A stretch of 64,000 nucleotides of DNA from Octopus sinensis (GCF_006345805.1 NC_043000.1:117428001-117492000), one strand, 5' to 3'. Shown: positions 41,175 to 54,726, counted from the first letter of the stretch. Translations and numbers: made by a program. Notes: generated by a model from the letters alone, not told the origin.

Positions 41175-43499
41175 GGTATTTATTCCGATTTACTCCTTTC
41201 TGAGTTCAAACGTTCAAACTCCACGATGGCCTACACATATAGTAGACTTAATCTATCACCTAGTTTAACCACCATCTGGTCCCTTGGGAGGATACTTCCC
41301 TCCTACTTGTTTCGAAGACCCTGTAAAAGATCATGAACACTGTCTCTTCTCCTGACTAAAAGATATTGGAGTAACAAAAATAGCAGAATATTCCATGAAA
41401 TCTTTCCGTTCTATGTTTAAGCATCATTAGGTCGACTTTGTCTTTCAACCCTAAATCTTTAGCCTTAATGAAAAAAGGTACCGATTTTTACCAAAAGTTT
41501 CAATCGAGTTATAACATGTGCTTACGAACTGAAAACTTGTGTGGGAGTCTGTACCTGAGCATTCATCCTACTAGAAATAACAACAAAATTTCCTTCAAAT
41601 CAGTCTCTGGCGTTTTGGAAGGGTACATTTGATAGGGGAAGAGAGTAAGACACAGTTAAAAATTTTTGTGGACTGATGGCATCAAAGAATGGGCTGGAAA
41701 CAAAAGTCTGGTTGATTGTATTCTTACAGCACAACTCAGAGAGAACTGGAGAGTCTTGGCAAGCCCACTCCCAGACACAGAGAGGCCACCTGGCTGAGGA
41801 CTGATGTAGACCTAAATATCGTTACTATTTGGACAAAAGCGTGTCCTGATCGAGTGGATCTGTGATCGAAGGCGTCCCAGCCAAGACCATCCTGGTTTTT
41901 ATAAGGATATATTAAAAATTCCTTATCCTTCAACTGATGTTCGTTTTTAAAACGGTAGGGTATGATTCGAAGGTTTTCCGTTGCTATTTCTTACATAATC
42001 TAGGATAGTAGATTGCCATAATTATTTGAGCATCGGGCAAAAGACTTTTGGGATATTTATTTCGGATCCTTTGCGTTCGAAGTTCAATTCTTGTCGAAGT
42101 CAACTTTGCCTCTGACGTCTACGGATTCGACAAAATAGAGAAGCAGTCAAATACTGGGGCAGGGTTTAGGGGTTTGATTTAATCAAGTAACCTGTTCTCC
42201 TATATTTCAAGCCTTCTATCTATTCTTTTATTCTTTTGTACGCTTCAGCCCTAAGGCTGTGACCATGCTGGGGCACCACGCGGAATAATTTGGGGGCTTT
42301 GGAATGGCAACATGATTTGTGCATAGGGTAAAATATTCTGCAGCATTTGCCTTCGCCTCTTTACTTTATGGGTTTCAAATCCTGCCGAAGTCACCTTTGC
42401 CTTTCACCATTCTGGATGTCGATAAAATAAAGTTGTTGCGAAGTGGTGCCATCGAGTTAATCGAGTAATCCCACCACGACCCCTCCTAAAACTGTGGCTT
42501 TGTGGTTACATTAGAAGTAATTATTGTTTGTAAAATCAACCCCCCTTTTTTTTTTCATCTGATCATAGATCTGCTAAAGGCTTCCTAATATTTATATAAA
42601 AACAAATAAATACAAGTTATAAATCAGACCCCATGGTTAAATTCCCAACCCTCCCCTGATTCACAACAATCGTTGTTAGTTACGTAAATGAAGAGATGTT
42701 GGTATCCCCATGTTTTTTTTTTAAAAAAAAGAAATATAAAAAAAAAACTTTTTGAAATAAACCAAAACCCAAAAAAAACTGCATGACGTGGAAAGATATA
42801 AAATAAAAATAAAATAAAAGAATAAAAATATTCACCATAGAAATAAAACAAAAATGAAAAATAAATAAAAGGAAATAATGAATACATAAATAAAATAAAA
42901 ATTTGCTGTTGGGACGTGGAGAAAGGCAATCGTCACATAAGATGTGAGTTTGTAATAGACTATCCCACGTCGGCCGCGCTTGTAGACACTCGACATTCCA
43001 TACTATTGACAGAACAAGAGAAGACCCACCTCCCTCCCTCCTTACATACTCACATATACGTAAAAAAAAAATTATAGGAGAGATCCGGTTTAAATACATT
43101 TAACAGCTAACGCATTCGACATTTCAATTGGTCTTTTTAGATGCTATTACATACTCTACTCTCACTAATTCGGTCTTTCACTCTCTCTCACCCTCTCCCT
43201 CACAGTGGCTTATACAAACACACACCCTCTCTCACTCTCTCTTTCAACCTCTCTCTTTCTATCTCTCTCTCAATCTCTCACTCACTCGCTCGCTCACTCT
43301 TTCTCGTTATTTCTTCAGATTTCTCGTCCTCCGCTGAATTTCTCTCTTATTCTTTCTTACTATCTTCCTATCGTCGTTCTTACTTTCTCTATTATCACCC
43401 CCACACCCCATTATCACATACACTGTGTGTATATATATGTATGTGTATCTAAGAATTTGTGTGCTTACATAATACATAGCTAGACACATATATACACAG

Positions 43500-43532
<33 letters not shown>

Positions 43533-43558
43533 ATATAATATATATATATTATATATAT

Positions 43559-43600
<42 letters not shown>

Positions 43601-43604
43601 TATA

Positions 43605-43659
<55 letters not shown>

Positions 43660-43676
43660 ATATATATATATGATGT

Positions 43677-43709
<33 letters not shown>

Positions 43710-43730
43710 GATATATATATATATATATAT

Positions 43731-43772
<42 letters not shown>

Positions 43773-43997
43773 TATATCCATACATACATACATAAATCAT
43801 TTATACAGCCACATGTATGCGCAGATGTGTTTATAAATGTACATATATACATAGATGGGTAGATATACATACATACATACATACATACATACATACATAC
43901 ATACATACATACATACATACATACATGTGTGTGTGTGTGAGTGTATGTGTCTGTGTGAGTGTACATATATATAAGGCCAAGATTCAACGTATTGCAT

Positions 43998-44100
43998 CGC
44001 AATCCGACGGTGGTTTAATTGGCCGAAACTTCGGAGTCACTGTCAACAATTTTTTCGTTTAATAATAAACTTGTACTTCACAAAAGTACAGAAAATCATT
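43998..44100 (+). ncRNA. Decayed hammerhead-like motif with conserved 3' flank (second family)
   Basis: ccgacgg-tggtttaattggcc-gaa-act tcgg agt-c-actgtc; homologous to the reverse complement of 58445-58550. Confidence 0.45.
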
Positions 44101-44288
44101 TACATCCATTCCAAGCCCGTCGTATATATAAGGAGTAGCTGTGTGGTAGGAAGCTTGCTTCCCAAACACATGGTTCCGGGTTCAGTCCCACTACGTGGTA
44201 CCCTGGGCAAGTGTCTTCTACTACAGCCTCGGGCCAACCATAGCCTTGTGAGTGGATTTAGTAGACGGAAACTGAAAGAAGCCCGTCG

Positions 44289-44319
<31 letters not shown>

Positions 44320-45010
44320 TCTTTTACTTGTTTCAGTCATTTGACTGCGGCCATGCTGGTGCACCGCCTTTAGTTGAACAAATTGACCTTTGGCCTTATT
44401 TTTTGTAAGCCTGGTACTTATTCTATCGTCTCTCGTGCGGAACTGCTCAGTTACGGAGACAAACACAGATACACAAACATATACACACATACACACACAT
44501 ATATACGACGGGCTTCTTTCAGTTTCCGTCTACCAAATCCACTCACAAGGCTTTGGTCGGCCCAAGACTATAATAGAAGACACTTGCCCAAGGTCTCACA
44601 CAGTGGGACTGATCCCGGTAACCATGTGGTTGGTAAGCAAGCTACTTACCACACAGCCAGTGTGTCTGTGTTTGCTCTCCCACCATTGCTTGACAACCGA
44701 TGTTGGTGTGTTTACGTCCCCTTAACTTAGCGGTTCGGCAAAAGACCCGATAGAATAACTACTAGGCTTACAAAGAATAAATCCTGGGGCTATGTTTGAC
44801 TACAGGTGGTGCTCTAGCATGGCGGCAATCAAATGACTGAAACAAGTATATGAGTATGTGTGTGTGTGTGTGTGTGTCCGCCACCGCTTGACAACCGATG
44901 CTGGTGTGTTTATGTCCCCGTAACTTAGCGGTTCGACTAAAACACTTTGAAGCTGTGCTCCAACATGGCTGCAATCCAATGACTGTAACAAGTAAAAGAA
45001 CAATAGAATG

Positions 45011-45020
<10 letters not shown>

Positions 45021-45044
<24 letters not shown>

Positions 45045-45440
45045 ATGTGTGTGTATAGACATGTATACACATACACAGACGCACATATACATATATATAT
45101 AAACATATACACAAATGTGTGTGTATATGTATATTTAGATACGTACGTCTCTCTGTCTTCCTTTCTCTCTCTCGCTCTCTCTCTCACTATATATATATAT
45201 GTGTGTATACGCACGTATATACACACGCTCACCCACCCATCCGAACCCATCACCCATTCCGCACATACACCCACACTCACACACTTATACACACCCTACA
45301 AGATAGGTGGGTGTTGTTCAGCTTTCCACTCAATATATTTACAAGCTTTTCATTACACAATACATACTTTTACATTTATTTTATTCCTCTGTTCTAGTTT
45401 ATTGGTCTTTTTGTATCCATCATCATCATCATCATCATCA

Positions 45441-45490
<50 letters not shown>

Positions 45491-45630
45491 ATTATCATCA
45501 TTATTATGTTTTGATAGAGCGGAGATTTATTATACAAAGAATTCGATCAAACGTATATATATAGAGAGAGAGACAGAGAGAGAAGGGCGAGGGGGAACAG
45601 AAGACGTTTGTAAGATTGTTTGTATTGGTA

Positions 45631-45661
<31 letters not shown>

Positions 45662-46047
45662 TGTGTGTGTGTGTGTATGTGTGTGTATAGACATGTATAC
45701 ACATACACAGACGCACATATACATATATATATAAACATATACACAAATGTGTGTGTATATGTATATTTAGATACGTACGTCTCCCTGTCTTCCTTTCTCT
45801 CTCTCGCTCTCTCTCTCACTATATATATATATGTGTGTATACGCACGTATATACACACGCTCACCCACCCATCCGAACCCATCACCCATTCCGCACATAC
45901 ACCCACACTCACACACTTATACACACCCTACAAGATAGGTGGGTGTTGTTCAGCTTTCCACTCAATATATTTACAAGCTTTTCATTACACAATACATACT
46001 TTTACATTTATTTTATTCCTCTGTTCTAGTTTATTGGTCTTTTTGTA

Positions 46048-46122
<75 letters not shown>

Positions 46123-46276
46123 ATTATCATCATCATTATTATGTTTTGATAGAGCGGAGATTTATTATACAAAGAATTCGATCAAACGTATATATAGAGA
46201 GAGAGACAGAGAGAGAAGGGCGAGGGGGAACAGAAGACGTTTGTAAGATTGTTTGTATTGGTATGTGTGTGTGTGT

Positions 46277-46305
<29 letters not shown>
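45021..46305. repeat. Tandem duplication, about 632-bp period, bounded by (GT)n
   Basis: Near-identical ORFs at 45119/45751 and 45307/45939; same internal (CAT)n(TAT)n tract. Confidence 0.93.
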
Positions 46306-46310
<5 letters not shown>

Positions 46311-46396
46311 CACGTTTAAGAAAACAAATTAATTGCTTATCGATGGATATATTTCAAATTTCGGAATACATAAGTCTCAGTGTAACTTTCCTGCTC

Positions 46397-46449
<53 letters not shown>

Positions 46450-46521
46450 CATACTGCCTAACTCTATCTACGCACACAAGCACGAACACACACACTCACA
46501 CACGCGAGCACACAAGCGCGA

Positions 46522-46561
<40 letters not shown>

Positions 46562-46753
46562 ACAGATATCAGAATAAACTCAACTTTAAAGGTTGATATT
46601 TTCCTGTATATTCTGATATTTCGTGACTCTTCTCCATAACACTAGCTCGCCCTTAACTTGGTTAACACGGTTTAACAGATCAAGGATATGGGAGTGGAAT
46701 GTTTAACTAAACCGAGTTCTCTCTCTCTCTCATACACACGCACTCATACATAC

Positions 46754-46814
<61 letters not shown>

Positions 46815-46821
46815 CTGTATA

Positions 46822-47022
46822 TTTAGGGAGAGTTTACGAAAAAAAAAACAAAAGACGAAGACAGGTGGTGTACAAAACAAACAGATGTATTAGTATAACG
46901 CTCAGGAATAGAAAAAGTCTTTTACGTTTCGAGCCTACGCTCTTCTACAGAAAGGGACACAGAAAAAACAAGGAGAGAAACAAGGGGAGAAAAAAATGTT
47001 TGTAGTGGCTAACGATCTATCA
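46822..47022 (-). mobile_element. Second near-identical copy of the 200-bp hammerhead-like repeat
   Basis: Matches 40432-40632 with a few substitutions; motif at 46919-46954. Confidence 0.6.
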
Positions 47023-47535
47023 TTGATCCCAGCACTTGTCTAGTACTTTGCTTGATTTACCCCAGGAGGGATGAAAGATAATACTGTATATTTACGCACA
47101 GAAGTATGGCTGTACAGACCAAATAGATAAAACTCAAAACAGAAGTATACATATTTTTATTTTTAATCGGTAAACTTTAGAAAATGTGTCAGTGCCGAGA
47201 ATTTGGTACATGGCACCTATCAGGTGAATACCATACGCGAAAATTTCGATTCTTGAATCACTTTGTAACTTCTGGCTGAACTAATTTCACTGGGTCCTAT
47301 TTAATACTCTAGGAAAAGGTATCAACGTTACAACTTTTATCCTGTAATCCAAAAGTTTCGCATTCCATAATTGAGTTCGGTTTGGTTCAATAATTTACAG
47401 AGAATTGTTTGTTGGTCTAATTCAGGCTTGACCTACTCGAATTAAATTGCTGGCCACTTCAATCACAGAAAGTTTTTTGAGGGCCGCTTGTATGCTGACA
47501 GAATTGAAAGCATTTTGCTTTCTCATGCTATTATT

Positions 47536-47833
47536 TCTTTATTTTGTTCCTTGTCGATCTCATAAGGGCCGGTTTCCCGGTTTCCTTAGCGTATAGGTTC
47601 CCCACCTGGGCGGGACACCGGTCCGTCGCTAGTGATCTGCAAGATGCAGGAGGAAAGAGTGAGAGAAAGTTGTGGCGAAAGAGTCAGCAGAAGTTCGCCA
47701 TTACCTTCTGCCGGAGCCGCGTGGAGCTTAGGTGTTTCGCTCATAAACACACACATCTACCGGTCTGAGATTCGAACCCGCGATCCCTCGACCGCGAATC
47801 CGCTGCTCTAACCACTAGGCCATGTGCCTCCAC
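47536..47833 (-). mobile_element. Full-length SINE C subfamily (C3) with 16-bp TSD
   Basis: ttctcatgctattatt at 47520-47535 and 47834-47849. Confidence 0.92.
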
Positions 47834-48087
47834 TTCTCATGCTATTATTACAATAAAGAATGAATGATCGTTGAGTCAACATGAAACATCATCTTTGCAA
47901 AAACAGTAGAATCTTTCTTTGTGAGTTTTCATTACAAACTTCAATTTTTGATAAAATTTTTAAGACGTCTATTTAAATAAACCCATTTCAAGACCCCGGA
48001 GGGATGAAAGACAATGGTGACCCCGACGAAATTTGAACCCAGAACGTAATGAGTCGGAGGAAATGCCGCTTAGCTCTTGGTCTGAGT

Positions 48088-48534
48088 GATCTTTTCGGTT
48101 TGAACGGCAGTTTTTAACATAATTTCTAGGTAACTAAAAAATTTTAAACTTCGTATACTGGTAGAATGTGTTTATAAAACATCTTTTTCTCTTGGCTTTA
48201 TTGAGAAAATTCTATAGTTTGTAAGATATTTGTTTTTTTTCTTCAATTTCCGCAATTTCAACCAATCAATGACGTCCATTGAGGTAATCTACATTCTGTG
48301 CCGTATGAATATGTCCCTCGTTTAAAAAGCAGATTGGGTTTATTTACATTTGTGAAGAAAAAAAAGATACCCTTCCCCCACTCCTAACCCTAACCCTAAC
48401 CTTAACTAACCTTAACTAACCCTAACCTTAAAATAGATGGAAATGCAATAGATCGATACTAGGGTCATAATTATGGGTGACAATTTCATATGACACCGCT
48501 AGAAAAAACTACCGTTCAAACCGAAAAGATCCAG
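48088..48534. mobile_element. MITE with about 28-bp TIRs, 7-8 bp TSD and internal (TAACCC)-like repeats
   Basis: gatcttttcggtttgaacggcagttttt / aaaaaactaccgttcaaaccgaaaagatc; gtctgag(t) on both sides; interrupts an old SINE A. Confidence 0.8.
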
Positions 48535-49147
48535 TCTGAGTTCTACCGGTTCTGACAGCCGGCTGCTTTTACACTGTGAGAAATTGAAGCCTTCGACGAA
48601 ATCCTCTACGTGGTCGCTCGACCTGCAGAATCACACCGAACCACTTTTAAAATGACCAGGTCTGAATGAACACTAGAAAAGTTAGCTGTCGATGCAAGGT
48701 ATCAGAAAATGAATATATATATAAATAAATAAAGGACGGGATGTTCATGGTTGGAGCGATTCGATCATTGACCTATTCAGTCAAGTCTAACCTGGGACTA
48801 ATCCACGACGACTACGAAAGCCTTCAGTGGTATCCCGTTTTATACCCAAAGTACTGCAGGACATCTATGCTATAATAAAGTCTATGTAACAAGGTTTACG
48901 ATCTCTGTGCATCTATGAAACTGAACAGATTTCTTCTTTTTGCTATTTTTAACTTCTCCATCGATTTTTCTCCACATTAACATACCTACTTCCGTTATTG
49001 TCAGCTGACACTGATTGGCTGTTTCAGCTAATTCATACATTTTGTATGGATCGTTATAAAGCCAAGTCGAGGTATCAGTTGCAATACATAAACTTAGTTT
49101 TATGTAATTATATAATAAATCACAACACATTATTATTATTATTATTA

Positions 49148-49188
<41 letters not shown>

Positions 49189-49317
49189 GTGCAGTACTTC
49201 AGATGTAGTAATATATGCCGAGTTTATCGGTTAGCGCTAGTACTGCGTATTTCAGTGTTTAAATCCGGGTAGCGTTAACATTTTCTTTTCATCTCTCCAT
49301 AGATGATGCTGGTGTGA

Positions 49318-49471
49318 AGGTGCGTGGCACAATGGCTAGACTGTTGCACTCGAGATCGTGGTTTCAATTCCCAGAATGTTTATGTTTTTGAGCAAAACAC
49401 TTCATTTGACATTGTTCCAGTCCACTCGGCTGTAAATGAGTAACCCTGGGATAGATTGGTGTCTCGTTCTG
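49318..49471 (+). mobile_element. Decayed D/V-type SINE, truncated at the rRNA junction
   Basis: tRNA-like head, ttccagtccactcggctgtaaatgagtaaccctgggatagattggtgtctcgttc. Confidence 0.6.
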
Positions 49472-49788
49472 AGGGAATCGGTCCTATGAGTCTTAGGACT
49501 GGAAAATTATATCACGAAGAATGCCCGTCCGGTGAAGGAACGCAGCGCACTCCTCGCGCATCCGTCGTCGAAGCCATCGACCGGACGAAACAGCGGCAAC
49601 ACAAGCGAGCCCGGAGACATTGCCGGGAACCCCGGGAAGAGTCCTTTCTTCTTCGTAAAGGACCGCGTCTGTAGAATCGGCTCGTCCGGAGATACGGATA
49701 TGGTGCCTATTGAGTGCTCCATCTTGGCCGGTGTCCAGTGCGCTCTCGGCGACCCTAGAAAAAATTCGGGTCCGTAACGATTCGCAGC
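49472..49788 (+). rRNA. 28S: 28S (LSU) rRNA fragment or pseudogene spanning the D7/hidden-break region
   Basis: Collinear with conserved eukaryotic LSU blocks: agggaatcgg; gcggcaac..cccggaga..ccccgggaagagt..ttcttcgtaaagg; gtccagtgcgctctcggcgacccta gaaaa; ccgtaac..cgcagc. Confidence 0.8.
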
Positions 49789-49934
49789 TCAATTTTGTAG
49801 CTTACTTAAAGAACAGCAACATTTTTAATGCATCATGCAGGTAAAGAGAAAAACATGGAAATTAGTTTGTACTGAAATGTTTTACAGTCTCTTGCTCTTA
49901 GTTTTATCATTTTAATTATTTTAGTATAGTGAAG

Positions 49935-50228
49935 GCGCATGGCTTAGTGGATAGGGCATTCGCCTCACGATTCTAAGGTCGTGAGTTCAATTCCCGGAGA
50001 CGCATTTTGTTCCTGAGCAAGACACTTTATTTCACGTTGCTCCAGTCCACTCAGCTGGCAAAAATGAATAGTACTTGTATTTCAAAGGGGCCAGTCTTGC
50101 CACTCTGTGTCACGCTGAATCTCCCCGAGAACTACGTTAAAGGTACACGTGTCGTTAATTTCACGAGCAGGCTGTTCTGTTGACCGCATCAGCTGGGACC
50201 CTCGTCGTCGTAACCGACGGAGTGCTCC
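49935..50228 (+). mobile_element. SINE D with internal deletion
   Basis: Homologous to 1615-1940. Confidence 0.8.
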
Positions 50229-50835
50229 TATATTTTAGTATATATTGAACTTATAAGAAGGCAATCGAGAAGTCGATTAAAGAAATTACAGCCCTTAGTT
50301 TCGTTATTTCTAGTTCTGAGCTCAACTTCCGTTGGGATTGACTATACTTTTCACCTTCCCTACTTCGTTCGCCACTGTTTGACAACCGGTGTTGGTGTGT
50401 TTACGTTTCCATGACTTAGCAGTTCGGGAAAAGAGACTGGTAGAATAAGTACCAGGTTTTACAAAACCATAGCAGGTGCTGGGGTTCGATCCGTTCGACT
50501 AAAACTTCTTCGAGGCAGTGCCCCAGCATGGCCGCAATGAGTGAAACAAGTAAACGATAAATCCTTAGGGTAATTAGAATTGATAAAGTGGCGATGGGTT
50601 CGGAGGGAACCCTATCAACAGATGCTGCAATGGTGCAGGCTAAAGACAAAAATATCTTTGATCTAATGAATGAGATTCAAATCAAATAATGGATAGGTCT
50701 GATGTTTTCGGGTGTTCTCGGATGTTCTCGAGTATTCTCGGGCTTGACAACTGCACTATCACTGCTTTCCTTGAACTTCTCAGAGTAAGTGTCAACAGAT
50801 CGTCGTCGTAATCGTTGATGATGATGATGATGATG

Positions 50836-50867
<32 letters not shown>

Positions 50868-51325
50868 TATCATCGTCGTCGTCGTCGTCATCATTAGCAT
50901 GATCATGATTATGATATTGTTACTGTTGCTTTTTGGGCCCCAGGTCAGCCTTGAGCCAACTGATCATCAAAGTCATTCCAGCCCTCTGTCCTATCTTTTT
51001 CTATATCCAAGGAATCCCGGACCACATTTGCCAGTTATCTCAATGCACACATTTCTAAGACGGCTGGTTTCGATCAGACGGTGATTTGACTGATCTTTCA
51101 AGCAGAGCGAGAGACTCGAGAGACTATGTGGTTCTAGAGATATCTTAGTCTCTGAGAGTGAAATGGGACTCGATGTAATGAAGGTGGCCATAATGCTGAC
51201 GTATCAATTTTGCTGTGCTGAAAATTAGGTTAACGAGTGAATAGTTGGCAGAATTAAGGAAGGTTGTTATCTAGAGATGTAGAACAGACTGTAGCGTGAT
51301 CTCAAAGGCTGAGACAGATCTTTGG

Positions 51326-51630
51326 AGTGATAGACCTCTGGAAAGAGAGATAAACCTCTAGAGAGATAGACCTCTGGATAGACTTCCGGAGCGATAGACC
51401 TCTGGAGAGATAGACCTCTGGAAAGACAGAGACCTCCGTAGAGATAGACCTCTGGAGAGATAGAATTCCGGAGAGATAGACCTCTGGAGAAATAGAGCTC
51501 CGGAAAGATAGACCTCTGGAGAGATAGATCTCCGGAGAGATAGACCTCTAGAGAGATAGACCCCTGGAGAGATAGACATCTGGAGAGATACATCTCCGGA
51601 GAGATTGACCTCTGGAGAAATAGAGCTCCG
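51326..51630. repeat. 16-bp minisatellite (GAGATAGACCTCTGGA variants)
   Basis: Roughly 18 degenerate units. Confidence 0.9.
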
Positions 51631-52357
51631 TGCTAACGTTTCTGCCAGCTCGCCGCCTTATTTGAGCTGATGATATCAACGAATAGACTGGAAACAAAAG
51701 CCTTGTTGATTTCATGCATGCAATACAACAAAGAGGGAACTGCAGTCTTAGCAAGCCGATCCCTGGACACAGGACCCAAGGAGAGCGCCTGGCTGATTAT
51801 GATAGTTGCCGTATTGTTAACGAAACTTCCTTCAGCCTAGTATCAGCGGGTTCCGAGCTGTGAGATAGAAATATGCACTGCGTCACATTGATTAGAATGT
51901 GATCAAATATTCTAATGGGAACAGAGACGATAATAACTGGGTTTGGAAACGAGAGAGATAAAATATATAAAAGCTTTCTTATTCGATGAGTTGCTGAACG
52001 CATCCATGAAATAGATAAGCTGTCTGGTTCTGAAACAATAAAAGGAATCTACATGGCCTAGTGGTTAGAGCAGCGGACTCGCGGTCGAGGGATCGCGGAT
52101 TCGAATCTCAGACCGGTGGATGTGTGTTTATGAGCGAAACACCTAAGCTCCACGCGGCTTCGGCAGAAGGTAATGGCGAACTTCTGCTGACTCTTTCGCC
52201 ACAACTTTTTCTCATTCTTTCCACCTGCATCTTGCAACTCACCTGCGAAGATAAAATATATAAAAGTTTTCTTATTCGATGAGTTGCTGAACGCATCCAC
52301 GAAATAGATAAGCTGTCTGGTTCTGAAACAATAAAAGGAATCTACTAATTTACGAAT

Positions 52358-52662
52358 GTGGAGGCCCATGGCTTAGTGGTTAGAGCAGCGGACTCGCGGT
52401 CGCGGGATCGCGGGTTCGAATTTCAGACCAGGCGATGTGTGTGTTAATGAGCGAAACACCTAAGCGCCACGCGGCTCCGGCAGAAGGTAATGGCGAACTT
52501 CTGCTGACTCTTTCGCCACAACTTTCTCTCACTCTTTCCTCCTGCATCTTGCAGCTCACCTGCGACGGACCGACGTCCCGTCCAGGTGGGGAACCTATAC
52601 GCCAAGGAAACCGGGAAACCGGCCCTTATGAGCCAGGCGCGGCTCGAGAAGGAACAAACAAT
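52358..52662 (+). mobile_element. Full-length SINE C3 with 12-bp TSD
   Basis: ctaatttacgaa at 52345-52356 and 52663-52674. Confidence 0.9.
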
Positions 52663-53127
52663 CTAATTTACGAACAAGTTAATGTGGAACAAGACTGTAT
52701 GTGTTAGACAAGTCAAGTGCAGATCATTCTTATCTGCTTCAGTTCATTGCTAGAAATAAATCTCAAGGTTTGCACATGCCTTTTGATAAGCTAAGAAAGC
52801 TTATCTGTTATTTTTTGCTTGTTTCGGTATTGGGACAGAACCTTGAAGGTTTTACTCGAACAAATCCAAATCTGTTACTTATTCTAGTTGTTGTTCTTAC
52901 CCAACCTCGAGGTCATGGGAGCGTAAACACACCAACTTTAGTTGCCACGCGACGGAGTGGACAAACACAAACGCAAACACACACACACACACACATACAT
53001 CTAAATATACGAAACTGTCAGACCCTGAGTCACTCTGTTGCTTCTGCTAAATATTAGTAAAAAAATATATATACTCATATTTTGAGTTCTGCTTTTCCTG
53101 TTGGCTACAACATACCTAAATACATAT

Positions 53128-53540
53128 ACTAGCAGTATAGCCCGGCGTTGCACGGGTTTGTTTTTTTAGTTGCGCTTAAAACGGCAGACTTTGGTGTGCA
53201 TTAATAGTTTTGACATAGTTTCAATCCTTTTTGCAAAGTAAAAATTTTGCGTTATACAGCTTGTTATTCTCTTTAAGTGGATATTTTTCTGGTTGAAATA
53301 CACCGAAAAATGGCGAGACAGCAGTCAGAAAATCGTAAAAAAATAGGGATTTTCATAGAAAAAAAGCACCTTTTTGATGTAAATAATTTTTGGTCTTAAC
53401 ATGATCCGATTCGGAATGAAGAGCATACCCTCTTCTATCATACTCTCAATTTTGGTCAACTTTCACCGCAGGGTCTGGGAGAAGATAGTGTTAGTTGAAG
53501 GCTACCAAACCTGCCACACACACAGACAACTTCAGCTTTA
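53128..53540 (+). mobile_element. Helentron-type non-autonomous element, second copy
   Basis: Homologous to 28409-28802. Confidence 0.65.
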
Positions 53541-53604
53541 TATATATATATACATATATACAGACACACACACACACACACACCACACACACACACACAC
53601 ACAC

Positions 53605-53642
<38 letters not shown>

Positions 53643-53648
53643 ATATAT

Positions 53649-53682
<34 letters not shown>

Positions 53683-53811
53683 CATATATATATACACACA
53701 CACACACTATATATATATATATACACATATATATACACACATATATATATATATATATAATATATAATATATATGTATAATATACACACACACTATATAT
53801 ATATGAATATA

Positions 53812-53889
<78 letters not shown>

Positions 53890-53900
53890 GTGTGTATATA

Positions 53901-53932
<32 letters not shown>

Positions 53933-54345
53933 AATTTAAATAGAGGTTAAAATAGCCTCATTAAGAGATGAAAGTATCCAATGAATTACTGGTTCAATTG
54001 CCAATTATTTTCTTATGAATAGTAATATTCGTAAAATAATAGGTTTAAGTATAGATCTTGCTTTATAAATATTAAAATTAAAATTCAGAAAATTATTTAA
54101 CTGCAAAAATTTAACTTATTCTCTTACAGCTGTTTCGATTTTGCCCCCCAAATTAAATTCAGTAATTAAATCCTGATCAATGAGTATCCGGACTGTTGCC
54201 ATAATAACGAGGCTAAATTACGCAGAGGAAAGCCGCTTGGCACAGATTGACCTTGAGCTCTGCTATGCATGCGCACTGGATTTAAGCGTTCTAAATCACT
54301 TCAGCTGTTTACAGCAGTGCTTAGAAGGAAGGTGTGTAGTGTGTG

Positions 54346-54445
54346 ATGGCCGCATTGTCCAAGACAGAGAAAGTTGAACAGAGAATCTGCATCGAATTTT
54401 CGTGAAAGCTTGGCGATACCTGCTCAGAGACCAACGCAAAATTTT
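54346..54445 (+). pseudogene. mariner transposase N-terminal remnant
   Basis: MAALSKTEKVEQRICIEFS*KLGDTCSET resembles the mariner EQRxxIKFCxKLGxxxSET helix-turn-helix start. Confidence 0.55.
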
Positions 54446-54632
54446 CACACAGTTTTCATCGTTCCCGATACAATCCAGATCATTTGGTCAGCTGAATGTA
54501 GTTTTCGCACAAACTTGGCAGACACGCGTCTCATAGCCAAATCTTCATTGAGTACCAGTTGGGTACTGGGATCGATCTAATCGACTGGCTCCTTCCCCCA
54601 AAATTTCGGGCCTTGTACATACAGTAGAAAAG

Positions 54633-54726
<94 letters not shown>

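Noticed and set aside
48382-48430. Chromosome end or telomere fusion
   Set aside because: Only a few degenerate units, located inside a TIR-bounded element.
49456-49792. GC-rich overlapping ORFs as an exon
   Set aside because: Better explained as a 28S rRNA fragment.
51667-51712. CTGATGA...GAAAC...GTT hammerhead-like match
   Set aside because: Stems I and II do not pair and there is no second copy, so it is likely chance.
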